Notes: generated from the sequence alone by a model not told the origin. A stretch of 64,000 nt of DNA from Deltaproteobacteria bacterium (GCA_032128115.1 JAQBHB010000078.1:32001-96000), one strand, 5' to 3'. Positions 52,927 through 63,315 are shown, numbered from the stretch's first letter. Made by a program: numbers and translations.

Positions 52927-53712
52927 CTAGAGCCGAGCCGCCATCGCCGCCTCGATCGATTTCAGGGACGCGAGGGTCGCCTGGCGGCCGATCTCGAAGA
53001 TCTTCCGGTGGTTCTTCGTGTCGAACAGGCCGTACTGGCGCAGCTCCGGAGCCCGCACCATCACGTCGCATTCGTGGAACTTGGGCTTGGAGCTGAAGTG
53101 CATGCCCACCTCCAGGGCCCGTTCGGAGACCGCCACCACACCTTTCAGGTCCGACTCGTCCACGGTCCGCAACGGGCTCGCGTAATGGCCCACCAGGACG
53201 TCGCAGCGGCCGCGCAGGGGTTCGACCGGGAAATTGTTGATCACGCCCCCGTCCACATACCAGCGGCCGTCGATCTCGGTGGGCGTGAACACGAGCGGCA
53301 TGGAACAAGAAGCCAGGATCGCCGGGATCAGCGGGCCCGATTCGAAGATCGCCAGGCGCGCATTGATGATGTCGGTGGCGGTCAGGAAGAGCCGGATCCC
53401 GAGAGCCTCGAAGGAATTCTCCGGAAAGTACTCGCGGAAGCTCTCTACCACCTTGGCCGTGTCGAGGATTCCCGCCTTGCTCATGGTGACCATGGAGAGG
53501 CGGAACGGGCTCGCCTTCCGGAAGAACTCGAGCATGATCTCCGTGGGGTGGCCGGCCGCCGCCAGCGCCCCGACGATGGCCCCGGAGCTCGACCCGGAGA
53601 TGAAGTCGGGTGTGAATCCGTGCGCCCGCAGCACGTCGATCACTCCAATGTGAGCGATCCCCCGGGCACCCCCTCCCGAGAGCACGAGCCCCAGCGTCGG
53701 CTTCGCCTTCAT
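52927..53712 (-). CDS. Patatin-like phospholipase
   Basis: SGGGARG, GSSSG, DGG. Confidence 0.92.
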   Translation of the reverse strand: MKAKPTLGLVLSGGGARGIAHIGVIDVLRAHGFTPDFISGSSSGAIVGALAAAGHPTEIMLEFFRKASPFRLSMVTMSKAGILDTAKVVESFREYFPENSFEALGIRLFLTATDIINARLAIFESGPLIPAILASCSMPLVFTPTEIDGRWYVDGGVINNFPVEPLRGRCDVLVGHYASPLRTVDESDLKGVVAVSERALEVGMHFSSKPKFHECDVMVRAPELRQYGLFDTKNHRKIFEIGRQATLASLKSIEAAMAARL

Positions 53713-53740
53713 CCCGAGTCACTGTCCCGGCACTGTTCGA

Positions 53741-54904
53741 TCAATACGTTTCGGGCGGTTCGGCACCACCGATCAAGGCCCGGAGTTCGTCGATATCGGC
53801 GCGCTCCTCGGGCAGAAGTTCCTCGATGTCAGAGCCCTCGTGACTCATGAGAAGTTCCTCCTCGAGGAGCTCGAATGCGATGCGGGCGAAGGGCTCCTGG
53901 GGCGCCAGGCGAATCGCCGTCTCCAACAGGAAGGGCGCCGGCGTCACCCAGTAGTTCCGGCCGATGCGCGCCTCGGTGATCCCCAACAGGTAGTAGGCCT
54001 CGGCGAGCTCGGGCCCCGGCCCCGGATCCGAATCGATGAAGCCCTGCAGCACGGCCGACGCCACCACGAAGTGGGCCAGCCAGGCCCGATCGCCGGGAAA
54101 ACCAAACTCCTCGCGACCCTCGCCAATCAACGACCGGGCCAGGTCGAGACTGGGGGCCCCGGACACCCGGGCCCGCAAACCCGGGATCTCGGCAATCCAG
54201 GTCTCGACGTCGGCGCGAAGCTGGGGCCACAGGTCGGGGCGCGCCGCGAAGCGTCGCAGGGTCACCATCGGACGCTCGTAATCGTCCTTCACCCGGATCG
54301 AGATCACCAGATAATCCGTCAGGGGACCCAGCAGGAGCGCCGGCTGCTTGTGCGACGCGAGCAGCTCCTCGAGGGTCGCCAGGGCTTCATCGAAGCGTCG
54401 CGTGGCGGTCTGGAGCGTGGCACGGGGCTCGAGCGGCAACTCGTCGAACACCGCCCGGTCGACGAAGCCCTGGGCAACCGGTGAATCCACCTGGCTCGGC
54501 AGCCGCGTGTGACAGACCACGCAGTTCTCGGTGATCTTCCGCAGCAGGAACGCGCTGCGGTCGAAGCGACCCTTGACGTACGCGCGTTGGAGTTCGCGGG
54601 CATCCTCGGCGATCGACCGCGCCAGGAAGTGCATCTGGGCTTCCTTGGCGCTGGTGTGTTGCTCCAGGTGCTCGGCGTTTCGCGACAGGTTGTCGAGGGC
54701 CGCGCCCACCTCCGCACGCCGCGCGGGATCCTGCAGCCGCTCCACGTCGACGCTCAACGGCAGCAGCTTCTGCACGCTGGCGAAGATCTCTTCCATGATC
54801 TCGCGGGTCTCTGCCCCCTTTTCCTCCGGGGGATCCGGCTCGCTGCAGGCGAGCCACGCCGAGGCACACACCACTCCGAGCCCCAGCGCGATCCAGCCTC
54901 TCAT
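53741..54904 (-). CDS. Putative monoheme c-type cytochrome lipoprotein with helical/TPR-like C-terminus
   Basis: AWLAC lipobox-like signal; a single CVVCH after a helical-bundle region; AEAYYLLG TPR-like motif. Confidence 0.68.
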   Translation of the reverse strand: MRGWIALGLGVVCASAWLACSEPDPPEEKGAETREIMEEIFASVQKLLPLSVDVERLQDPARRAEVGAALDNLSRNAEHLEQHTSAKEAQMHFLARSIAEDARELQRAYVKGRFDRSAFLLRKITENCVVCHTRLPSQVDSPVAQGFVDRAVFDELPLEPRATLQTATRRFDEALATLEELLASHKQPALLLGPLTDYLVISIRVKDDYERPMVTLRRFAARPDLWPQLRADVETWIAEIPGLRARVSGAPSLDLARSLIGEGREEFGFPGDRAWLAHFVVASAVLQGFIDSDPGPGPELAEAYYLLGITEARIGRNYWVTPAPFLLETAIRLAPQEPFARIAFELLEEELLMSHEGSDIEELLPEERADIDELRALIGGAEPPETY

Positions 54905-55548
54905 GTGGCCTCCCCCGGTGCGGCCTCGAAGTCCTGCTCGGCCCAGATCCGGGCGATGGCGGGCCGATCCTTCACCAGCTCGATCAGCTTCACCACCCGC
55001 GGGCATCTCTTCACAAGTTCGACCCGATCCTGGTGCCAGCTGGCCAGCATCGCCAGGTAGATGTCCACGGCGCTGAAGGTCTCTCCCAACAGATAGGGAC
55101 CCGGTTCCAGGGCATCGTTCAGGATCACCAGGTAGCGATCGATGGCGTCCCTCGCCGCTTCGCCCACCGCCTCGGCCCCCGCGTCATCGGTGGTGTATCG
55201 ATCCGGGTAGTACGCGCGCAGGTAGGCCCCGTAGAGCGAGGTCGCCATGAACAACAACCAGCGCAGGAAGCGGGCGCGCTCGGGGCTCGCGGCCGGCGGC
55301 GCCAGCTTGGCGTCGGGATGGCGATCGACGAGCTGCAACACGATGGCCGCCGACTCGGTCATCAACGTGCCATCGGGCAGCACCAGGGCCGGCACCTCGC
55401 CCATGGGGTTCACCGCCAGGAACTTCGGGCGCTTGTGCGCATCGTTCGCGAAGTCGACCTCGATCTTCTCGAACTCGGCACCGATTTCTTCCAGCAGCGC
55501 CTGGGGCACGAAGGCCCCGCTTCCCGCGACCCAGTAGAGCTTGTACAT
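54901..55548 (-). CDS. Glutathione S-transferase family protein
   Basis: NPMGEVPAL, TESAAI, YLLGETFSAVDIY. Confidence 0.92.
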   Translation of the reverse strand: MYKLYWVAGSGAFVPQALLEEIGAEFEKIEVDFANDAHKRPKFLAVNPMGEVPALVLPDGTLMTESAAIVLQLVDRHPDAKLAPPAASPERARFLRWLLFMATSLYGAYLRAYYPDRYTTDDAGAEAVGEAARDAIDRYLVILNDALEPGPYLLGETFSAVDIYLAMLASWHQDRVELVKRCPRVVKLIELVKDRPAIARIWAEQDFEAAPGEAT

Positions 55549-55689
55549 GGGGGAGAGTCTCCTTGTATCCTGTGCCCATTCTACACCGCTGGCCCACGAG
55601 CCCACGGACCTGAGGGGAAGCAGGATGAGCCACGCCACCTGGGTGATCTACGAGACCGTGTCGAAATACTTCCTGATCGTAGGCGAATC

Positions 55690-58380
55690 TTGAGATCTCC
55701 CGATCGCGTGGCCTGGATCTGGACCGTCTTCGGGCTGGGTCTGCTTGGGGCTTCCGGGGAAGCGTTCGCCCAGGCGTCGCCTCCCCGCTATCTGACCCCA
55801 GCCTCGAACCGGGACGCCGCCGACATCGCAACCGACGACCTCCGGGCCCGCGGCTCCCAGCTGGGCCTGTCCGCCGACGACCTGGACGAGTTGCGGGTGC
55901 GCGACCGCTACGTGACGCGCCGCACCGGCACCACCCACCTCTACCTGTGCCAGCAGGTGGACGGCGTGGACGTCTTCGGCTCGAACGTGACGATCGCGAT
56001 CGATCGCCGGGGCCGCATGATTGCGCGCAACGAACGGCTCACCCGGGATCTGCGCCGCCGGATCCACACGCGCCAGCCCGGCATCAGCGCCAGCGAGGCA
56101 CTCGCGCGCGCCGCCGATCACCTGGGTCTCCCGGCCGGCCCCGCCGGCGTGCTGCGCCGCCCCGGCGGCCCGGCTCGCGAGGTGGTGTTCGAGCCGGACG
56201 GGATTTCGCGCGATGAGATCCCGGTGAAGCTCATGTACGTGCCCCGGCCGGGTGCCGGTGTGCCCTTGGCCTGGAACGTGGTGATCCGCATGCCCGACAG
56301 CAGCCACTGGTGGAACCTGCACGTGGATGCGGTCAGCGGCCAGGTGCTGCGCCAGAACGACTGGATGGCCCGGGACAGCTACCGCATCTACCCGCTGCCC
56401 CAGATGAGCCCGGACGAAGGGCCGCGGCTGCTCGACGCGAATCCGGCCGACCCCACGGCTTCGCCCTTCGGCTGGCACGACACCAACGGCGCGCTCGGCG
56501 CCGAGTTCACGGATACCCGCGGCAACAACGTCTCGGCCCAGGAAGACGACGACGCCGACGATTCCCTGGGCCTCCGGCCCGACGGCGGCGCGAGCCTCGT
56601 GTTCGACTTCCCCGTGGATCCGTCGCTCCAGCCCTCGGGCAATTGGCAGGCCTCGGTCTCGAACCTCTTCTACTGGAACAATCGGCTCCACGACATCTTC
56701 TACCACTACGGCTTCGACGAGCCGGCCGGCAACTTCCAGGTCAACAACTACGGCAAGGGCGGTGTCGCCGGCGACCCGGTGCAGGCCGACGCCTTCGACG
56801 GCGGAGGCGACAACAACGCGAATTTTGGCACGCCACCGGAACCGTCGAGCTTCGACCCGCGTATGCAGATGTACTACTGGCTCTCGCCGACCGTGCCGGA
56901 ACTCGAGATTCTCTCGCCCCCGTCGGCCCAGGGCACCTACGCGGCGGCCAAAGGCCGCTTCGGCGGCGGCACCCCGGGGCTGACCGACGATGTGGTGCAG
57001 GCCATCCCGAATGACGCGTGTTCGACCCTCACCAACTCCGGCGCGATTTCGGGCCGCATCGCACTCGTGGATCGGGGCACATGCCTCTTCATCGAGAAGG
57101 TGGCCATTGCCCAGGCCGCCGGGGCGGTGGGAGTCATCATCGTCAACAACGCGGGAAATGACCTCGTCAACATGATCGGCTTCGACCCCACTCTCACGAT
57201 CCCGACGGTGTTCGTGGGCCAGACCGACGGCGGGAACATCGAAGCCGAGCTGGGAAACAGCGTCACCGCCACGCTGGTGGCCCCCACCGACCGAGATAGC
57301 GACTTCGACAACGGGATCGTCATCCACGAATACGGCCACGGGGTCAGCAACCGCCTGACGGGAGGCCCGAGCGACACCAGCTGTCTCGCCGCCGCCCAGA
57401 GCAGCGGCATGGGCGAGGGCTGGAGCGACTTCTTCGCCCTGGCGCTGACGGCCCGGGTCAGTGACCTGCGCGGCGACGCCGTGCCCCTCGCCACCTACCT
57501 GGAGTTCCAACCGCTCACGGGATCGGGCATCCGCAACCACCCCTACAGCACCAGCCTGGTCACGAACCCGCTCACTTATGAAGACATCGAGCCCCCCACG
57601 AACCATCCCCACGGTGTGGGCGAGGTATGGGCCGTGTCGCTATGGGAGATGTTCTGGAACCTGGTGGACGTCTACGGCTTCGACCCGAACGTCGCGCAGG
57701 GCAGCGGGGGCAACAACCTGGCGATGGAGCTGGTGATGGACGGGATGAAGCTCCAGAGCTGCAACCCCACCTTCCTGAACGCCCGACAGGGGATCCTCAC
57801 AGCCGATCAGGACGCCAACGACGCCGCCAACCGTTGCCTGATCTGGGCGGCCTTCGCGAAGCGCGGCCTGGGATTGGCGGCAACCGACGGAGGGGGATCG
57901 GGCTCGCTCAACGTCACGGAGGATTTCTCCACGCCGGCCGAGTGCAGCCCCAGCTGCGGCGACGGGCTGTTACAGGTGGGGGAGCAGTGCGACGACGAAA
58001 ACTCCCAGTCCTTCGACCACTGCACGCCCGCCTGCGAGAACGAGACGATCTTTGCGTTCTTCGGCACGGCGTCCGGAGGCAGCATCGACCTGGTGCTCGA
58101 CGGACTTCCGCTCTCGATCACGACCCTCTTGGGTCAGAGTGCCGCCATCGTGGCCGCGAACGTGGCCGCGGCCATCAATGCCGACCCGGACCTGATGGCG
58201 GCGGGCGTCACCGCCCTGCCCCAGGATCACCGGGTCGCGACCAATGGCGATCTGACGTCTCTCACCCTGAACGACCCGGGCCTGCTCTTCCAGGTGCCCG
58301 CACTCTCGGGCCCGGCCCTGGGGATCCTGGCGGGTTTGTTCGCGTGGCTGGGCGCGCGCGGATTGCGCCAACGGGCTTGA
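55690..58380 (+). CDS. Secreted M36 (fungalysin) metallopeptidase with propeptide, PA domain, Cys-rich repeat and IPTL-CTERM-like tail
   Basis: HEYGHG, GEGWSD, DRGTCLFIEKV (PA), CGDGLLQVGEQCDDEN, VPALSGPALGILAGLFAWLGARGLRQRA. Start uncertain (TTG 55690 or GTG 55708). Confidence 0.92.
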   Translation: MRSPDRVAWIWTVFGLGLLGASGEAFAQASPPRYLTPASNRDAADIATDDLRARGSQLGLSADDLDELRVRDRYVTRRTGTTHLYLCQQVDGVDVFGSNVTIAIDRRGRMIARNERLTRDLRRRIHTRQPGISASEALARAADHLGLPAGPAGVLRRPGGPAREVVFEPDGISRDEIPVKLMYVPRPGAGVPLAWNVVIRMPDSSHWWNLHVDAVSGQVLRQNDWMARDSYRIYPLPQMSPDEGPRLLDANPADPTASPFGWHDTNGALGAEFTDTRGNNVSAQEDDDADDSLGLRPDGGASLVFDFPVDPSLQPSGNWQASVSNLFYWNNRLHDIFYHYGFDEPAGNFQVNNYGKGGVAGDPVQADAFDGGGDNNANFGTPPEPSSFDPRMQMYYWLSPTVPELEILSPPSAQGTYAAAKGRFGGGTPGLTDDVVQAIPNDACSTLTNSGAISGRIALVDRGTCLFIEKVAIAQAAGAVGVIIVNNAGNDLVNMIGFDPTLTIPTVFVGQTDGGNIEAELGNSVTATLVAPTDRDSDFDNGIVIHEYGHGVSNRLTGGPSDTSCLAAAQSSGMGEGWSDFFALALTARVSDLRGDAVPLATYLEFQPLTGSGIRNHPYSTSLVTNPLTYEDIEPPTNHPHGVGEVWAVSLWEMFWNLVDVYGFDPNVAQGSGGNNLAMELVMDGMKLQSCNPTFLNARQGILTADQDANDAANRCLIWAAFAKRGLGLAATDGGGSGSLNVTEDFSTPAECSPSCGDGLLQVGEQCDDENSQSFDHCTPACENETIFAFFGTASGGSIDLVLDGLPLSITTLLGQSAAIVAANVAAAINADPDLMAAGVTALPQDHRVATNGDLTSLTLNDPGLLFQVPALSGPALGILAGLFAWLGARGLRQRA

Positions 58381-58381
58381 C

Positions 58382-58852
58382 CTAGGGACGAAGCATCCCG
58401 GCGGCTCGCGCGCGAACCTTCTCGCCCATCGCCGCGCAATCTGCGAACAGGGTGCGACGCGGAGGCACGCCGGGAGCGCGCGTCAGGGACCGGATCATCA
58501 CGAGCAGCGGCCCCTCCCGGAGGATCTGCCAGTCGGGATACGCCAGGTGGACATGGGCGACGTCGGCCTGCGCAACGCTGGCGAAGCTCCAGAGTTCGAT
58601 GCTGCATACCTGCTCGCCCGAAGGGGACCGCCGGGTATAGTGCCGCGTGCGCTGGGCGCGCACGCCCCATTCCACGAGATCCGGATCTCCGGCAGTGTCG
58701 ACGGGCGTCTCCTCGACGACGCTCCACTCGCTGCCTGCCTCGCCCGCATCCAGCAACGATCGCTCCAGGAACAACGGGGGCGATGGATCGCCGAGGGCGG
58801 GCGCCGCGGCCGAGAGCACGCTCAGCAGCGCGACGGTGGTTCGGGAGATCAT
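58382..58852 (-). CDS. Hypothetical exported protein
   Basis: Signal peptide MISRTTVALLSVLSAAAPALG; sigma28-like element upstream. Confidence 0.6.
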   Translation of the reverse strand: MISRTTVALLSVLSAAAPALGDPSPPLFLERSLLDAGEAGSEWSVVEETPVDTAGDPDLVEWGVRAQRTRHYTRRSPSGEQVCSIELWSFASVAQADVAHVHLAYPDWQILREGPLLVMIRSLTRAPGVPPRRTLFADCAAMGEKVRARAAGMLRP

Positions 58853-58861
58853 GCGCCCGAC

Positions 58862-58889
58862 AGATCGGCCCCCCGCCGCCGCAGCTTGA
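58862..58889 (-). promoter_or_regulatory. Putative sigma28-like promoter
   Basis: TCAAG-N15-GCCGATCT ending 9 nt before ATG 58852. Confidence 0.4.
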
Positions 58890-58911
58890 CGATCCTCAGC
58901 CCGACAGGCGC

Positions 58912-59958
58912 TCATGGCTGAAAGCCCTCGTCGAGGAGGCCATCGACCCAGCGAGCCAGGTCCCCGCCGACGAGGCGGTTCGACTCGATGGAGTAGTGCC
59001 CCCGCCTGACGAAGGTATACGAAGACGCGGGGCGGATCGGATCGATGGACAGCAGGGGCACCTGGTGGCTGTCGGCGAAATCCAACAACTGCTGGTTCAC
59101 GAGCGTGCGGAACTCGTTCTGCTCACCGCCCAGTTGGGGCAGGATCACGATCAGGAGGGGGATGTCGCGAGCGTCCAGGTAGGCCTTCAGGTCCACCAGG
59201 TACCCGATCTGGCTGGCATGCACCTCACTACCCGACGACGACGCCCCCTTCAGGTCCGCCATCTTCGCGTCCAGATGGGCCAGGAGCTTGGCCATGGCGG
59301 CACTTCGCGAGTAGATCTCGTTCCACAAGCGGGAGTGCGGCACCTGCGAGACCACCACCGTGCGGTTGAGCTTCACGGTGGCCTGCCCGGACGCCTCCTC
59401 CAGTTCCTCTCCGAACACGCGGTCCTGTACGGTGTCGCCCGCGTGGCGCACATAGCCGCGAGACACGACGTACGAGCCCAGGATCACCACGTCCGGATCC
59501 ACTCGGTCGAAGGACTCCTCACCCAGATCGTGCATGGTGACTTCGAGAGTCGCCCCTTCGCGGTTGCCGTTGATGACCTCGAACGTCGCGTCCGGGCGCA
59601 GCCTTTGCAGCTCCCGTCCGAACGCAGCCGCGAAGGCCTCGTCGGCGGGGACGCCCACGCCATAGCCGATGGAGCGCGAGCCCACGAACAGGAAGCGCGC
59701 GCCGCGCTTGTCGTCGTAGTCGATGCCCTGCTCTCGATAGCCGAACTCGTCCGTGTCGTAGCGGATCTGGCCGTACTCCTGCGCTTGCAGGGCCTCGAAG
59801 GCCGCATCGTCGAAGATCCGGTGAAGAGGCATCACGTCCAGGCGATGGGCGTATTTGTTGTAGCGATCCTCGAATCGGTAGTAGAAGCGCTCCCAGACCT
59901 CGAACAGCGCGAACTGTGCCGCGATGGAGAAGATCACGATGAGGGATTTGATGACCAT
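58912..59958 (-). CDS. SGNH/GDSL-like periplasmic protein, probable O-acyl transfer partner of the MBOAT
   Basis: DEFGYR, FLFVGSRSIGYGVGV, EVING, PDVVILG, GHYSIESN. Catalytic motifs are degenerate. Confidence 0.7.
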   Translation of the reverse strand: MVIKSLIVIFSIAAQFALFEVWERFYYRFEDRYNKYAHRLDVMPLHRIFDDAAFEALQAQEYGQIRYDTDEFGYREQGIDYDDKRGARFLFVGSRSIGYGVGVPADEAFAAAFGRELQRLRPDATFEVINGNREGATLEVTMHDLGEESFDRVDPDVVILGSYVVSRGYVRHAGDTVQDRVFGEELEEASGQATVKLNRTVVVSQVPHSRLWNEIYSRSAAMAKLLAHLDAKMADLKGASSSGSEVHASQIGYLVDLKAYLDARDIPLLIVILPQLGGEQNEFRTLVNQQLLDFADSHQVPLLSIDPIRPASSYTFVRRGHYSIESNRLVGGDLARWVDGLLDEGFQP

Positions 59959-59968
59959 GGCATCCGAC

Positions 59969-61384
59969 CTAGAACTGGAAGTAGATGAAGGGGATGTTCT
60001 CGTGTGACGCCCAGAAGGCGAGCATGAACACCAGATACACCACGGCGTTCACACGCACCCAGAACGGTGACTCGAAGATCCAGCCCGCGCCCCCCCTCCG
60101 CTCGCGAATCCCATCGAGCACCAGGATCGGAATCACCAGGAACACGAACAACAGGGCATCGTTCACCTGGGGCGACTGCACCGGGCCGAACCGGAACAGG
60201 TTGACGAGCAGCGTCTTCACGTCCGCCAGGCGTTCTGCGCGGAACAGGATCCAACCCAGGCAGGTGATGTGGAAGAAAACGAAGACCCGCAGCGCCAGCC
60301 ACGTGCGCTGCGCTCCCCCGAACAGGCTTCCGATGCCTTCCCAGACCCTCTCGAATCGCCGGTGGATCACCAGCATGACCCCCTGGTAGGCGCCCCAGGT
60401 TACGAAGGTCATGGCGGCACCGTGCCAGAGTCCGCCAAGCAGCATGGTGATCATCAGGTTGCGATACGTGCGGTTCTTCCGGTTGCCGCCGAGACTGATG
60501 TAGAGATAGTCGCGCAGCCAGGTGGAGAGGCTGATGTGCCAGCGGCGCCAGAACTCCCGCGGGTTGGTCGCGAAATAGGGCTGCCGGAAGTTGAGCATCA
60601 GGTCCACGCCAAAGAGCCGCGCCGTGCCCCTGGCGATGTCCGTGTAGCCCGAGAAGTCGCAATAGATCTGGAACGTGAAGGCGTAGACGCCAAGCAGGAC
60701 ATAGAGACCGGTCTGCTCACCCGGCGCGTTGAAGACGTTGTCGGCGATGAGCGCCAGGTTGTCGGCAACCACTGCCTTCTTGAACAGGCCCACCAGGATC
60801 AGCCAAAGCCCTTCTCGGGTCATCTTCGAGCCGAGAATCCGTTCGCGCACCAGCTGGGGCAGCAGGTGCGACGCGCGCTCGATGGGGCCCGCCACCAGCT
60901 GGGGGAAGAACGAAACGAACAGCGCGAAGTCGAAGATGTCGTGGGTCGGCCGCAGCTGGCGCCGGTAGATGTCGATCGAATACGTCATGGTCTGGAACGT
61001 GTAGAAGGAGATTCCCACCGGCAGGACCACGTGCAGGAGCCGCGGGGACGCGTCCAGACCGAATACGGCCAGCAGCTCCACCATGGAGCTCACGAAGAAG
61101 TCGTAGTACTTGAAGACCCCGAGGATCCCGAGGTTGGTGACGACACTGAGCGTGATCAGGAGCGTGCGATTGCGCTCGTTCTCGGTGCGGGCCAGGGCCC
61201 GGCCGCAATAGAAGTCCACCACCGTAGAGATCAAGAGCAGGCTGCAGAATTTGACCGACCAGAAGCCGTAGAAGACGTAGCTGGCGGTCAACAGCAGGAG
61301 GTTCTGCTTGCGGTGCGAAAGGCTCCGGTAGAGCAGGTAGACGATCGCGAGGAAGACGAAGTAGATGTAGGAGTTGAACAGCAT
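59969..61384 (-). CDS. MBOAT family O-acyltransferase (AlgI/DltB-like)
   Basis: MLFNS, LPVGISFYTFQ, FFPQLVAGPIER, DFSGYTD, FWRRWHISLSTWLRDY, GLWHGA. Confidence 0.95.
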   Translation of the reverse strand: MLFNSYIYFVFLAIVYLLYRSLSHRKQNLLLLTASYVFYGFWSVKFCSLLLISTVVDFYCGRALARTENERNRTLLITLSVVTNLGILGVFKYYDFFVSSMVELLAVFGLDASPRLLHVVLPVGISFYTFQTMTYSIDIYRRQLRPTHDIFDFALFVSFFPQLVAGPIERASHLLPQLVRERILGSKMTREGLWLILVGLFKKAVVADNLALIADNVFNAPGEQTGLYVLLGVYAFTFQIYCDFSGYTDIARGTARLFGVDLMLNFRQPYFATNPREFWRRWHISLSTWLRDYLYISLGGNRKNRTYRNLMITMLLGGLWHGAAMTFVTWGAYQGVMLVIHRRFERVWEGIGSLFGGAQRTWLALRVFVFFHITCLGWILFRAERLADVKTLLVNLFRFGPVQSPQVNDALLFVFLVIPILVLDGIRERRGGAGWIFESPFWVRVNAVVYLVFMLAFWASHENIPFIYFQF

Positions 61385-61630
61385 CTGTAGAGCGGCTGGC
61401 CTGGAACACAAAGCCCGGCATTACCCGTTGGGGGGGGCCGGAGCCGCTCCAAACGCACCAGCGCATATACCACAATCCCGCCGGCGCCGGAGCCTCCACG
61501 CGGGTCTGGGACATGGAACCGGAGCTCGTCGCGCGCGCCTACAAGCACTTCGAATCGCGCGATGAGCTGTTCGAGATGCGACCGAGCTGGCGACCCCCCT
61601 CCGGGCTCGGCGTTACCTACAATGACTCGG

Positions 61631-62713
61631 GTGGGTACGCGTCTCGCCGTAGTTGCCGCCGTTCTGCTGGTGCTGTCCTCCGCCGCCCCGGGCGCAACCC
61701 TCGTCGATCCCGGCCAGGGGCCGGTCGCGCTCGCCCCCGGCGCGCCGGGTGCCGCGGAGCTCTCGGGGCTCGCCTACGCGGGCGCAGATCGGTACTACGC
61801 CGTCAGCGACTCGGGTCGCACGCTGTTCGAGCTCGCAATCCAGGTGGACGCGATCAGCGGCCAGATTCTCAGCGCCTCGGTGGTGGACTCGCTGGCTCTC
61901 GCCGCCGGGACCGATCTCGAGGGGCTCGTCCATCACCCACTCGGCGGATCCGTATTCGCGAGCGACGAAACGGGCCCCGCGATCCGGGAGTACCGGCTCT
62001 CGGACGGGACCGTTCTCTCGAGCGTGGCGGTGCCCGCGATCTTCAACCAGGTTCGCAACAATCTGAGCCTCGAATCACTGGCGATGCGCCTCGCACCCAA
62101 TGCGTCGGACGACGCGCTCTGGACTGCGAACGAGGAGTCGCTCCTCGTCGACGGCCCCGTCTCGACGGCCAGCGTTGGCACGCGGGTGCGGCTCCAGCGA
62201 TTCGACGAGGCGGGGGCGGCCGACGGCCAGTGGGCCTACGTCACCGACCCCTATCCGGGCGGGCCGTTTCTCGGCCTCGAGCGGAGCGGCGTCGCCGATC
62301 TGCTCGCGCTTCCGAATGGCGAACTGTTGCTGATGGAGCGCAGCTTCAGCTCGTCGCTCTTCCGCACGCGCATCTACCAGGTGCATTTCGCAGGCGCCAC
62401 CGACACGTCGGCCCTCGCGAGCCTCGATCTCGACCCCTACACGCCCGTGGGCAAGACGCTCCTGTGGGAGGTCATGGGCGTGGCGCAGAACTACGAGGGC
62501 CTCGCCGTCGGGCCGCAGCTCGACGCGGGCGACTGGAGCCTGCTGCTCGTCTCGGACAGTGGCGGCGGTGCGCCCCAGAGCCTGTATCCGCTCCGGGTGA
62601 TCCCCGAGCCGGATGCGAACCTGCAGATTGCCGTGGGGCTGCTCGGGCTGTGGCTCCGGCACCAGCGACGGCGTGGTCGTGGTGCCGAAGCACGCTCCCG
62701 ATCGGTTCGGTAG
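61631..62713 (+). CDS. Esterase-like activity of phytase family (beta-propeller) protein with PEP-CTERM-like tail
   Basis: ELSGL...VSD, DLEGL, RNNLSLESL, LLMER, NYEGL; IPEP-TM-RRR tail. Start GTG 61631 (7 nt after TACAAT) or ATG 61622. Confidence 0.82.
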   Translation: MGTRLAVVAAVLLVLSSAAPGATLVDPGQGPVALAPGAPGAAELSGLAYAGADRYYAVSDSGRTLFELAIQVDAISGQILSASVVDSLALAAGTDLEGLVHHPLGGSVFASDETGPAIREYRLSDGTVLSSVAVPAIFNQVRNNLSLESLAMRLAPNASDDALWTANEESLLVDGPVSTASVGTRVRLQRFDEAGAADGQWAYVTDPYPGGPFLGLERSGVADLLALPNGELLLMERSFSSSLFRTRIYQVHFAGATDTSALASLDLDPYTPVGKTLLWEVMGVAQNYEGLAVGPQLDAGDWSLLLVSDSGGGAPQSLYPLRVIPEPDANLQIAVGLLGLWLRHQRRRGRGAEARSRSVR

Positions 62714-62730
62714 AAGATCCCTCGGACCCG

Positions 62731-62958
62731 CTACATGCGGCCCAGGAGGAAGGCGCGGGCGGTGTCTCGCAGCGAGTTACCGGACGCAATGACCCCGGCC
62801 TTGGATTTTCCGGCGGTCTTCTTGCGGGCCGGCGCCTTTCGGGCCGCCTTCTTCTTCGAGATCTTCTTCTTCGTGGCCTTCTTCTTGGAGGCCTTCTTCG
62901 CGGAGGATGCCTTCTTCTTGCTCTTCCCGGTCTTCTTCTTCTTCTTCTTTACGGCCAT
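62731..62958 (-). CDS. Small Lys/Ala-rich histone H1-like basic protein
   Basis: MAVKKKKKKTGKSKKKASSAKKASKKKATKKK...; AAGGGA SD. Confidence 0.7.
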   Translation of the reverse strand: MAVKKKKKKTGKSKKKASSAKKASKKKATKKKISKKKAARKAPARKKTAGKSKAGVIASGNSLRDTARAFLLGRM

Positions 62959-63075
62959 CGGCGTTCCCTTCGTCGGCAAACTTCAGCGTTGCAGGTGCGT
63001 AGATAGCGTTCCGAGGCTTGCAGATCCAGATGCCAGGGCGGCGCGCTACCCTGCCCGGGACAGCGTGGGGGCCCC

Positions 63076-63315
63076 ATGGCAGAGCGGACGTACACCGATG
63101 TCTCCCCCGAGCAGCTGAGCCCCGACGTCCTGCGAGGGCTAGTGGAGGAGTTCGTGACCCGCGACGGCACCGATTACGGGGCGATCGAGCGCAGCGTCGA
63201 GGACAAGATCGCCCACGTGATGGCCCAGATCGACCGCGGCGAGGCTCGGGTCGTCTTCGATCCGGAAACCGGAACCACCAACATCGCCCTGGCCCGAGAT
63301 CTGGCAGGGGCATGA
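63076..63315 (+). CDS. yheU: YheU (UPF0270) family protein
   Basis: LVEEFVTRDGTDYG...GEARVVFD. Confidence 0.85.
   Translation: MAERTYTDVSPEQLSPDVLRGLVEEFVTRDGTDYGAIERSVEDKIAHVMAQIDRGEARVVFDPETGTTNIALARDLAGA

Noticed and set aside
58853..58914. Other TGA stops as Sec sites (SGNH 58912, Crp 4131, cytochrome 53741, Prx end 32919)
   Set aside because: No redox motif context and no in-frame continuation into a downstream domain.
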